Assembly (NCBI GenBank): GCA_017394405.1
Contig: JAFPYW010000020.1
Coordinates: 1 to 50,932, forward strand
Length of the DNA: 50,932 bases
Source: Alphaproteobacteria bacterium
GTDB lineage: Bacteria; Pseudomonadota; Alphaproteobacteria; CAAHEQ01; UBA3637
Direction of reading: 5' to 3'
Shown: positions 1 to 7,646 of the stretch, piece by piece
How positions within the stretch are numbered: position 1 is the first letter of the stretch
Layout of the letters: each line of letters starts with the position of its first letter
The notes under the pieces: model-generated
What the model was told of the DNA's origin: nothing
The model's input: the letters and a program-made list of their open reading frames with translations, nothing else
The model's database searches: none
Translations under genes and position numbers: made by a program

Positions 1-1
1 C

Positions 2-247
2 GAACCTGAAAAATTACAAGCAACCAAAGCCAATTTTCCACAAGCTTTAGCTGTAGATATGGAAAGCACCGCAATTGCTCAAAGTTGCTTTCACTACAAA
101 TGTCCATTGATTGTTACCCGACAAATTAGTGATATCGTCGGACAGCATAACCAAAAAGAAATTTATGAAAAATTTTGGCAAGATGCCCCCAAACAAGCAT
201 CGGAATTGTTGCAAAAACTTTTAACACAACTAACGAATCTTGCGTAA
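2..247 (+). CDS. mtnN: 5'-methylthioadenosine/S-adenosylhomocysteine nucleosidase, C-terminal fragment (5' end outside window)
   Basis: The frame is open from the window edge. NFPQALAVDMESTAIAQSCFHYKCPLIVTRQISD matches the conserved MtnN/Pfs C-terminal block (E. coli [34 protein letters not shown]). Confidence 0.6.
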   Translation, partial: EPEKLQATKANFPQALAVDMESTAIAQSCFHYKCPLIVTRQISDIVGQHNQKEIYEKFWQDAPKQASELLQKLLTQLTNLA

Positions 248-778
248 ATATTTAGGCGGTACAACGCCCCCTTTAATCACCAACACATAGAATTGTAGCG
301 GTGCCATGCGCAGCCCCTTGCTGTCATCACAAATATCCCATGTTTGTTGATAATCATAGTCAATTTCCTTTACGGATTTAAGCCGAATCAATGTTTCATC
401 CGCCCCGTTGCGAAGATATTTTTTGCGATCTTCTTCTGAAAAATATCGTTCATCAAACACGGAAGGCTTTACATACACCGCCTCAATCAATCCGTCTTTT
501 GCCAACGCATCCACATTGACTTCAAACAAATCGCATGTATCTACCAATTCTTTCAGACGCAAACTTTTCTTTGTCCAAGAAAGCGGCGTTGTAAAAAAAC
601 GAATAGCACGCGACCGCCCCTTGAAACACTTTTCCATCCACGCACACACGCCTTTATGTGTTTTGCGCCCAGATCGTTTGGTATAATAATTGATATCTGC
701 CGCGGGATTTCGGCTGATGGACAACAAACCAACATCCATCACATTGTTTCCCTTTGTCACGTAATGATATAACTTCAT
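230..778 (-). CDS. hypothetical protein, unknown family (paralog of 41136..41606)
   Basis: 182-aa ORF whose ATG (778) abuts the stop of the upstream vanX-like gene (779). No known motif. Clear similarity to the 156-aa ORF at 41136..41606: KLYHYV/KLYNYV, GRSRAIRFFTTP/GRSRAISFLTSP, YVLVIKGGVVP/YMIVLKDGIVP. Confidence 0.6.
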   Translation of the reverse strand: MKLYHYVTKGNNVMDVGLLSISRNPAADINYYTKRSGRKTHKGVCAWMEKCFKGRSRAIRFFTTPLSWTKKSLRLKELVDTCDLFEVNVDALAKDGLIEAVYVKPSVFDERYFSEEDRKKYLRNGADETLIRLKSVKEIDYDYQQTWDICDDSKGLRMAPLQFYVLVIKGGVVPPKYLRKIR

Positions 779-1459
779 TTATTCCTTTTCAATCAGGCCA
801 TAAAAAGCATTTTTCTTGCGCTTGTAGGCAGCCCACATGCGATCGCCATAACAATAATGCCACCATTCTGGCGGATAGTTTTGGAACCCCTGTTTGGCCA
901 TCGCACGATATAAAATACGACGATTGCGACGGGCTTCGCGGCTCAACCTCAACGCCCACATAGGTGTTGATTTTCCCATTTCCAAATAAGCCGTTCCCAT
1001 ATCATAATCATGCCCTTTGCTGTCACATAAAGTCACATCCAATGCCCCACCAGTTTGATGCCCGCCAAATCCAAATCTGGGATCTGCATAAACCGCCTTC
1101 ACCCGACGCAACAATTCAGCGCGCGTCCATTCTGGATGAGCCGCTTGTTGGCGACGACATTCTTCATCCCATAATTGCCGCTGTTCTATTAAAGAACGAT
1201 AGGCAGAACAAATTTTGAAGTAATACCCTTTGGGCAATGTCCGTTGGGCTTGTTTTAACAACTGATATACTTTAACCCGCAAAAACACTGATTTTTGTTT
1301 TTTCAAATCACGATGAAACTGCAAAGATCCGTCCTGCTTGATATCAACCATCACTTCGCCGTTTTCCAAAATAGGAACATCGTTGATAAAGGCCGCCGGA
1401 ACGGTCTGACGACGCCCCAAACGCCAAAGTAAATATCTGAAATAATCTTGCATTCTCAT
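779..1459 (-). CDS. D-alanyl-D-alanine dipeptidase, VanX/DdpX (M15D) family
   Basis: SAYRSLIEQRQLW, GGHQTGGALDVTL (H-x-x-G-x-A-x-D zinc/active-site block) and PPEWWHY (E-x-x-H) are typical of VanX/DdpX. The start could instead be the ATG at 1453, which has better spacing from the GAGG. Confidence 0.75.
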   Translation of the reverse strand: MRMQDYFRYLLWRLGRRQTVPAAFINDVPILENGEVMVDIKQDGSLQFHRDLKKQKSVFLRVKVYQLLKQAQRTLPKGYYFKICSAYRSLIEQRQLWDEECRRQQAAHPEWTRAELLRRVKAVYADPRFGFGGHQTGGALDVTLCDSKGHDYDMGTAYLEMGKSTPMWALRLSREARRNRRILYRAMAKQGFQNYPPEWWHYCYGDRMWAAYKRKKNAFYGLIEKE

Positions 1460-1553
1460 ACCTCATGAATACCACAAACAACGCCCTCTGTCAAACATTA
1501 ATATTGCTTGGATAAAATAAATATGCTATTTTAATACCAGAAAGGATTCGCAA

Positions 1554-2669
1554 ATGCATTTACAAATTGCCATTGTCGTTTCATTGTTAGGTTTATGTAT
1601 CACAATGCCCGTTTTTGTGCGCTATTTTGCATGCAGCGGTTTTCCGTTTTGGATTAAATTATTGGGCTTTTTGATTTGTGTTGTAATCGCTGTTTCGCCC
1701 GTGATTATTTCCCGAAACTTTGCCGATGCTTACGGACGTCATTTTGCATGGATAGAATCCGTTGTATATTTTATCTATGTTTTTGCGGTTATTGTTTTTT
1801 CTTTAACCTTTTTGAGAGATATTATCTGGGTGATTTTATCTTGGTTCAAATGGGCACCATCCCCCTTTAAGCCCGCCATATTTAACCCCATCAATTGGGC
1901 GACACTTGTGATTGCATTTTTGTGTGCATTATGGAGTTTGTATGAAGGAACAAAGGTTCCCGCTTATCGGCATATCACTTTAACAGACACCAAAATCCAA
2001 ACCTCGCGAACCATTGTTGTTTTGTCCGATTTGCATATCAGCCGCACCATAAATCCCGATAAAATCAAAGGAATTGTTGCACAAACCAATGCGCTCCAGC
2101 CCGACCTGATTTTACTGGCAGGTGATATCGTTGATGACCACCCCGACACCATCCGAAATATAACGGCTATTTTGTCGGACCTAAATGCCAAACAAGGTGT
2201 TTATTTTGTCAGCGGCAATCACGAATTTTATATTGGCTATCGCACGGCCATGGATATGTTGTCAGATTTGGGATTAAAATCCATTGAAAACAGAAAAGTT
2301 CAAATATCTCCTGATTTGGTTTTGGCTGGCGTTGCAGATATCAGGACAACGACGCGCTTAGGATTGCCCGATAAAACACGCGAGGTTTTATCCGACGCAC
2401 CAAAATCGTCCTACACTATTTTGATTTCTCACAGCCCAACACCACTAAATTTACCTTTTGATTTACAGGTGTCGGGCCATACGCACGGTGGACAAATCTT
2501 TCCTTTTCATATACTCAGTTGGCTTGGCAATCACCACCTGTCGTCCGGCTTTTATCCGAAAGAGCGCATATACGTATCGCGCGGAGCCGGCCAATGGGGC
2601 CCGCAAATGCGCTTTTTAGCGCCATCTGAAATTACGGTTATTCACTTACAAAGCCAAAAAGCGTTTTAA
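1554..2669 (+). CDS. membrane-anchored metallophosphoesterase (calcineurin-like, YkuE-type)
   Basis: The N-terminal ~130 aa form hydrophobic helices. These are followed by VVLSDLHISR, LLAGDIVDD, SGNHEFY and SGHTHGGQ, the metallophosphoesterase motifs. Confidence 0.8.
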   Translation: MHLQIAIVVSLLGLCITMPVFVRYFACSGFPFWIKLLGFLICVVIAVSPVIISRNFADAYGRHFAWIESVVYFIYVFAVIVFSLTFLRDIIWVILSWFKWAPSPFKPAIFNPINWATLVIAFLCALWSLYEGTKVPAYRHITLTDTKIQTSRTIVVLSDLHISRTINPDKIKGIVAQTNALQPDLILLAGDIVDDHPDTIRNITAILSDLNAKQGVYFVSGNHEFYIGYRTAMDMLSDLGLKSIENRKVQISPDLVLAGVADIRTTTRLGLPDKTREVLSDAPKSSYTILISHSPTPLNLPFDLQVSGHTHGGQIFPFHILSWLGNHHLSSGFYPKERIYVSRGAGQWGPQMRFLAPSEITVIHLQSQKAF

Positions 2670-3530
2670 TGCTGGCAGAGCCCTTTTTGCCTCACGACGT
2701 CCCATTTGATAGACCCTTTCCAATTCATCGGGATTGTTTTCCGTACGGCTGATCCCCAGCGATTCCGGAGGTCTTATCACAAACGAAGTCCCCTTTTGTT
2801 CTCTTTCTTTAATTTCTTCCATCTGTTTGTTATACATTTTATAGCGTGAAAGTGCCGCCCTTACGAATGCGGGATATTTACGCAGCACAATCTTTACTAA
2901 AAAAGATAATTCACTTTTCTCTTTTCTGTATCCATCGGGTTGCGTTAGAATAATTAAATTGCGATTATAGCCCTTTTGTTCCATATATTTGTAAGGCACG
3001 GAATCCGCAATCGCGCCATCAAGCAACAAGTGTCCATCCACCGAAACAGGACGTGACACCAACGGCATTGAGGCCGATGCCTGCATCCACTTGATATCGG
3101 TTTTACCACCATCAGTACATTTATGATATACACATTTACCCGTTTTCAAGTCAGTCGCGCCAATAAAAAACTCCAAAGGATTATTTTTGAATGTTTTCCG
3201 ATCAAACGGATCCAACGAATCGGGAATGTCTTTATAGCAAAAATCCGCGTTGTATAAATTTCCTGTTTTGATCAGCGACCAAATACTGCAATATCTGGGA
3301 TCGCGACAATACTTTTTGTTGTATCGGATAGGCCGGCCGATTTGTCTTGATTTGAAATTACAGCCGAAAACAGCCCCCGCCGAAATGCCTGCGGCGCCAT
3401 CAAAGGTAATACCATTTTCCATTAAAACATCCAACACGCCGCATGTGAACATGCCACGCATGGCTCCACCCTCAAGGACGAGTCCCCGTTTAATCGCGCT
3501 ATTTTTTGTCTTTTTATTTCTGTTACTCAT
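2646..3530 (-). CDS. patatin-like phospholipase
   Basis: GLVLEGGAMRGMFTCGVLDVL (oxyanion G-G-x-R/K-G), GISAGAV (G-x-S-x-G nucleophile) and LLLDGAIADSVP (catalytic D-G-A/G). Confidence 0.85.
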   Translation of the reverse strand: MSNRNKKTKNSAIKRGLVLEGGAMRGMFTCGVLDVLMENGITFDGAAGISAGAVFGCNFKSRQIGRPIRYNKKYCRDPRYCSIWSLIKTGNLYNADFCYKDIPDSLDPFDRKTFKNNPLEFFIGATDLKTGKCVYHKCTDGGKTDIKWMQASASMPLVSRPVSVDGHLLLDGAIADSVPYKYMEQKGYNRNLIILTQPDGYRKEKSELSFLVKIVLRKYPAFVRAALSRYKMYNKQMEEIKEREQKGTSFVIRPPESLGISRTENNPDELERVYQMGRREAKRALPALKRFLAL

Positions 3531-3587
3531 CGGCTATAAATATAGCCCAAATCAGCTTCGGTCGCAACACCTTATTTGTAAAACATG

Positions 3588-3611
3588 AAAAAAGCCACCG
3601 CTTTCGCGATG
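3588..3611 (-). terminator. rho-independent terminator downstream of tRNA-Met
   Basis: The minus strand reads CATCGC-GAAA-GCGGTG (6-bp stem, GAAA tetraloop) followed by GCTTTTTT. Confidence 0.6.
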
Positions 3612-3622
3612 ACTTCTTTACT

Positions 3623-3699
3623 TGGTGGGCCCGGCAGGACTCGAACCCGCGACCTATCCGTTATGAGCGGACAGCTCTAACCAACTGAGCTACAGGCCC
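3623..3699 (-). tRNA. tRNA with CAT anticodon (elongator Met or lysidine-modified Ile2; not initiator)
   Basis: The reverse complement GGGCCTGTAGCTCAGTTGGTTAGAGCTGTCCGCTCATAACGGATAGGTCGCGGGTTCGAGTCCTGCCGGGCCCACCA folds as a cloverleaf. It has a 7-bp acceptor stem, anticodon loop CTCATAA, T-loop TTCGAGT and an encoded CCA. G1-C72 is paired, so it is not the initiator. Confidence 0.9.
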
Positions 3700-3861
3700 T
3701 ACGCACTAACCGCCCATTATACCAGATTTCAAGGCAAAAAGCAACCTTTTTCTAACCATTTGAAAATATTTTTACTTTTTGTGTTTTTTTACTGGTTTTT
3801 GCCCGAAAAATGTGGTACACTGCTTGTCGTTGAGGGAAAACGAAAATGAAACGGAGAAACG

Positions 3862-4371
3862 ATGTCAAAAGACTATACATTTAATCCCGGTGATTTTGTT
3901 GTTTATCCTGCGCATGGTGTGGGGCAAGTAACAGACCGAAAAACGACGACTATCGGTGAACAAACCATAGATTGCATTTGTATCCACTTTAATAAAAACG
4001 ATATGACTATGCAGATTCCGGCCCAAAAGGCTTTGAATTCCGGGTTGCGCCAAGTTGCAACACCCGTTATGATGGAAGCGGCTGAAAAGGTTTTGTGCAA
4101 GAAAGTGAAACCAAAACGCGTCCAATGGAACAAAAGAAATGCTGAATACACTGCAAAAATCGGAACAGGTGAGCCCGTTGCTTTGGCTGAGGTCATTCGC
4201 GAGGTTTATAAAGATCCAACCATCAGCAATCAAACAAGCAGCGAGAAAGAGGTCTATGAAAAAGCAAGAGATCGCTTGGCCGCTGAATACGCCGTTATCT
4301 ATAAAATGTCAGAAGCCGATGCCTGTTGCAAGATTGAATGCTTGCTCAAAGGCGAAGTTTCTGCCAAATAA
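3862..4371 (+). CDS. carD: CarD/CdnL family RNA-polymerase-binding transcription factor
   Basis: The N-terminus FNPGDFVVYPAHGVGQV is the typical Tudor-like CarD_CdnL_TRCF start. It is 169 aa with a helical C-terminal domain. Confidence 0.8.
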   Translation: MSKDYTFNPGDFVVYPAHGVGQVTDRKTTTIGEQTIDCICIHFNKNDMTMQIPAQKALNSGLRQVATPVMMEAAEKVLCKKVKPKRVQWNKRNAEYTAKIGTGEPVALAEVIREVYKDPTISNQTSSEKEVYEKARDRLAAEYAVIYKMSEADACCKIECLLKGEVSAK

Positions 4372-4398
4372 TCTGATTTGAAGATTGAAGGGGGAGTA

Positions 4399-5340
4399 AT
4401 GGAAAAACAGCCCAAAGAAAAAAAGCCATTCATGATGCCTATGTGGGTGGCCGTGTTGTTCCACGTTGTTATATGGGCCGCATTGTTGGGTTTGGTCGGA
4501 TATGCTATTTGGCACCCCGAAACCGTGGCTGTGGTTTTTCCTGATTTCAAATGGAGCAAAATCAATTACGCCGGTATTTTGAAGGCCATTTTGTTCATTT
4601 GGGTGACATTGACGATCTTCCGTGTTATTAAGCGCGGCATGTTGAAATGGATTCAACACCACGATAAAATTGACAAAGGTATCTATTATTCTTTTGTCAC
4701 ATTGTTGGGATATGTCGGTTGGGTGATTGCCGGATGGGGCGGTTTATCATTATTGGGCGTGAATTTGGAAAGTTTGGCCGTTATCGTTGGCGCCTTATCC
4801 GTTGGTATTGGTTTTGGTTTACAACATGTGGTCAATAACTTTATTTCGGGATTGTTGATTTTGTTTGAACGCCCTATTCGCAAAGGCGATTGGATTCGTG
4901 TCAGCGGCCATGAAGGGATTGTAAAAAATATCCATATTCGCTCCACAGAATTGGAAACATTTGATAAAACCAGCGTTTTAATCCCGAACGCGGACGTATT
5001 ATCACGCGAATTGGAAAACATTACAAAAGGCAATTCCTTGGGCCGCGTCATTATTCCTGTGGGTGTTTCCTATGATTCCGATTTGCGGTTGGTTGAAAAG
5101 ATTTTATTGGATGTTGCCAAAAAAGAAGAAGGATTAGCAGAATCGCCGGCACCCTTTGTTTTGCTCACCGATTTTGCCGACAGCAGCGTTCAATTTGAAT
5201 TGCGCGGCATTTTGAAAGATGTCACAAAGGGCTTAGCGGTCAAAAGCCGTTTAAGATTTGCTATCTGGGATGAATTCCAAAAACATCACATTGAGATTCC
5301 ATATCCGCAACGGGTGGTCCATGTTAAAGATGAAAAATAG
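4399..5340 (+). CDS. small-conductance mechanosensitive channel (MscS family)
   Basis: TM helices followed by LSVGIGFGLQHVVNNFISGLLILFERPIRKGDWIRV, the MscS pore-helix/beta-domain signature. I prefer the ATG at 4399 (GGGGGAG RBS) over the TTG at 4378. Confidence 0.85.
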   Translation: MEKQPKEKKPFMMPMWVAVLFHVVIWAALLGLVGYAIWHPETVAVVFPDFKWSKINYAGILKAILFIWVTLTIFRVIKRGMLKWIQHHDKIDKGIYYSFVTLLGYVGWVIAGWGGLSLLGVNLESLAVIVGALSVGIGFGLQHVVNNFISGLLILFERPIRKGDWIRVSGHEGIVKNIHIRSTELETFDKTSVLIPNADVLSRELENITKGNSLGRVIIPVGVSYDSDLRLVEKILLDVAKKEEGLAESPAPFVLLTDFADSSVQFELRGILKDVTKGLAVKSRLRFAIWDEFQKHHIEIPYPQRVVHVKDEK

Positions 5341-5620
5341 TTTGATTTTGTTATCATTGGCGCTGTTATTAAACGCTTGCAGCCAATTTGTGCCATTTGA
5401 AGATCAACGACGTGAAGCGGGCAAACAAACACCTGTTGGATTATCCACCAATAAAAATCCGGCCATTTGCTATAACCCCATTTGGCACGATGTGGAACAA
5501 ACAAAGGAATTAGCTGATGCTGCCTGTGCCAGAACAAACAAAAGGGCCGAATTTGTTCGTAGCGACGCTTTCTCGTGTCGTTTGGTCAATCCTTCTGCTG
5601 CTATCTATAAATGCAAATAA
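5330..5620 (+). CDS. small lipoprotein (unknown function)
   Basis: MKNSLILLSLALLLNAC is a signal peptide with a lipobox (L-N-A-C). The mature part has four more Cys. The start overlaps the mscS stop; an alternative ATG lies at 5321. Confidence 0.55.
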   Translation: MKNSLILLSLALLLNACSQFVPFEDQRREAGKQTPVGLSTNKNPAICYNPIWHDVEQTKELADAACARTNKRAEFVRSDAFSCRLVNPSAAIYKCK

Positions 5621-6106
5621 TTATTCTATGACTTCACCGTCATATAATCCCCAGACAAAACGGCGGGGAAACCATCCTTCAATTTGTTTGTCCTGATAAA
5701 CGAATTGCAACCGACAATAATCGCCAGCCGGGCACGAATGCACTTTTCCCACAACGCCTGGCTGTACATAGGCAATAACTTTGCCGGAAACGGTCGGCGT
5801 TGATAACAACTTATCTTCGGATTGAATCAACACATAACGCGTTGGTTTTAACATTTTTTGATGCACCCAACCCAACGTCCCATCTACTTCACGGATTTGC
5901 CGCCACATTTCAAAAGAATCTATTACTTCCACGGGATAATTGCGTTCCTGATAGACCCATTTAATCGGAAAACGTTCTGCAGGACCGGCGCGCAAATTCA
6001 CTTGGTCTGATTTCAAAGATTGAAAACCGGTTTCTTCGGCACAAACGCCAAAGGCTGTCAATAAAATCGCCGCAAACACTACCTTATTCAGCTTTTTCAT
6101 TTTCAT
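5621..6106 (-). CDS. periplasmic SH3b-domain protein (YgiM/COG3807-like)
   Basis: Signal peptide MKMKKLNKVVFAAILLTAFGVCA, then NLRAGPAERFPIKWVYQERNYPVEVIDSFEMWRQIREVDGTLGWVHQKML and ...CPAGDYCRLQF...GWFPRRFVWG, typical of alphaproteobacterial SH3-like proteins. The ATG at 6106 is preceded by GGAGG, so the upstream in-frame extension to 6223 is rejected. Confidence 0.7.
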   Translation of the reverse strand: MKMKKLNKVVFAAILLTAFGVCAEETGFQSLKSDQVNLRAGPAERFPIKWVYQERNYPVEVIDSFEMWRQIREVDGTLGWVHQKMLKPTRYVLIQSEDKLLSTPTVSGKVIAYVQPGVVGKVHSCPAGDYCRLQFVYQDKQIEGWFPRRFVWGLYDGEVIE

Positions 6107-6641
6107 CCTCCTTGCTGAACCGATGCCGAATATCCTTATAAACACGGCGCGACGATACCATTTTTGAATGGTCTTCTTTTTCACCCGATTCCAACACAAC
6201 CTTATCTTCCGAGGTTGTACCACCTACCATTGCCGCACCATTTGTCACATCTTTCCAAGCCACCTGAATAGCCGGAACAATCAACATTTGCGCAACAATA
6301 TCCCCACGATGGACCACCACTTGATGGGCAGACATATTTTGCAATAATACAAACAACGGATCGCGACTGGCAGGATGCACCACTTGAGGACCATCTAATA
6401 CAATCAGCCCTTGATCGCGCGCTAATTCCGGCTGGCTAACCACCAAACCACAATAATTGGCAGGAACGCCAATAGCAAAACCGCACGGCATATACGCCCT
6501 ATCACCCGGCTCCAATCGCAAGGTGGAGGGAATGGCCGCCTGTAAATTCAATCCTATATGATACTTAGATGAATATGATGGCAACGCTAATCCGTTTCCA
6601 TCCGCAGTCCGAGCAATATATAATGTTGGAACACGTGCCAT
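6084..6641 (-). CDS. dUTPase-fold protein with degenerate catalytic motifs plus a charged C-terminal tail
   Basis: It aligns by eye with trimeric Dut (LPSYSSKYHIGLNLQAA..LEPGDRAYMPCGFAIGVP..GDIVAQMLIVP). However, motif I AGxDL is IGLNL, motif II (P/G)RS is SQPE, motif III G-x-ID-x-DY-x-G is GPQVVHPASRDP, and the motif V Gly-rich arm is absent. It ends in ~45 aa rich in K/E/D/S/R. Starts 11 nt after the virB11 stop. Confidence 0.6.
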   Translation of the reverse strand: MARVPTLYIARTADGNGLALPSYSSKYHIGLNLQAAIPSTLRLEPGDRAYMPCGFAIGVPANYCGLVVSQPELARDQGLIVLDGPQVVHPASRDPLFVLLQNMSAHQVVVHRGDIVAQMLIVPAIQVAWKDVTNGAAMVGGTTSEDKVVLESGEKEDHSKMVSSRRVYKDIRHRFSKEDENEKAE

Positions 6642-6652
6642 AATTTTCCCCT

Positions 6653-7636
6653 TTAAGTAATTGCCGTAATGGCACGAATATTACCATCTCTGTTGATCTG
6701 AACAACGCGCAATTTTTCTTTCATTTCTTTGCGAGTTTTTTCCTGATCCAATTCCGGATTGGTGTGCATAATGCGGGAAATAAACGCTTGATACGCGGCC
6801 TCAGGACTTTCGGCATGGATCGTGGCAAAGCAGTTTTCGTGGCCTGAATTCATCAATTCCCAAATAGCTCCCGCATTGGATGTTGAAATTTCTCCACCGA
6901 TAATCGCATCCGGCGTAAAACGCACAACCAAATCCACCACTTGGCGATAATCAAATTTGTTATTGGCTTCAGTACGCGCCAACACCAAATGCACGCGGTT
7001 TGGTTGATGTACAATCAATTCACGCGTATCTTCCACCGTAATAATGCGTTTATGCTCATCCAATAACTTTAACATATTATTCAAGAAGGTTGTTTTACCA
7101 GTCGCCGTACCACCGCTGATCAAAATATGGTCGCCACGCTTTATGGATAAAACCAATCGATCATATGGATCATCCGGATCTTCCACATTTTTTAATTTAT
7201 TGATTTGATGCAAACGACCACCTTGAACCAATCCGAATTGATCCATGTGAATATCCACATCCGGGCGATACACACGAATATCCATCGCCACACCGCCTTC
7301 CAAATCGTTTTCATCATATTTCACGTTTTGGCCAACAATACCTGCAAAACGGTGTCCTCCCGGCAATTCTGTATAAAGAGCCGGCACACCCACTTCTTCC
7401 CCAAAGGGTTTGTCTTGGCTGTTGGCAATAATGTACATGATGTTCGTCAAATACTCGCGCGTTAATTTGGGATCTTCATAATAATGCCACGGATGCGCAT
7501 GGCGCCCCCTTAAACGCAACCAAATTCCCCCCGGATTATTGACGGCAACGTCTTCCACATTATCTTGGGAATACCAATAGGCCAATGGTTTCAAAGCCAT
7601 TTCTAAAATACGATGTGAATCTGGACGAGCAACCAT
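6653..7636 (-). CDS. virB11: type IV secretion ATPase VirB11
   Basis: Walker A ISGGTATGKTTFLN, RIITVEDTREL, FTPDAIIGGEIS and NSGHENCFATIHAES match the VirB11/T2SSE hexameric ATPase pattern. The ATG at 7636 has a GGAGGA RBS; the extension to 7705 would overlap the virB10 end. Confidence 0.85.
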   Translation of the reverse strand: MVARPDSHRILEMALKPLAYWYSQDNVEDVAVNNPGGIWLRLRGRHAHPWHYYEDPKLTREYLTNIMYIIANSQDKPFGEEVGVPALYTELPGGHRFAGIVGQNVKYDENDLEGGVAMDIRVYRPDVDIHMDQFGLVQGGRLHQINKLKNVEDPDDPYDRLVLSIKRGDHILISGGTATGKTTFLNNMLKLLDEHKRIITVEDTRELIVHQPNRVHLVLARTEANNKFDYRQVVDLVVRFTPDAIIGGEISTSNAGAIWELMNSGHENCFATIHAESPEAAYQAFISRIMHTNPELDQEKTRKEMKEKLRVVQINRDGNIRAITAIT

Positions 7637-7646
7637 TACATCCTCC

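Noticed and set aside
3506-3688. 60-aa plus-strand ORF across the tRNA(CAT) region, and 25519..25800 / 25569..25766 across tRNA-Arg
   Set aside because: These are ORF-finder artefacts overlapping well-folded tRNA genes and their terminators.
3700-3861. Promoter for carD (tgtggtacact extended -10-like element)
   Set aside because: No -35 element lies at acceptable spacing (the candidates are 11 or 21 nt away), so it is too ambiguous to annotate.
5608-5625. Identical 13-mer aaataattattct at two convergent gene junctions (5608-5625 and 41128-41145)
   Set aside because: It is made of abutting TAA/TTA stop codons in an A/T-rich context. A 13-nt match is expected by chance in 51 kb, and there is no flanking similarity.
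6107-6223. Upstream in-frame extension of the SH3b ORF (39 aa)
   Set aside because: It overlaps the dut-like coding region. A GGAGG RBS and a proper signal peptide begin at the ATG at 6106.
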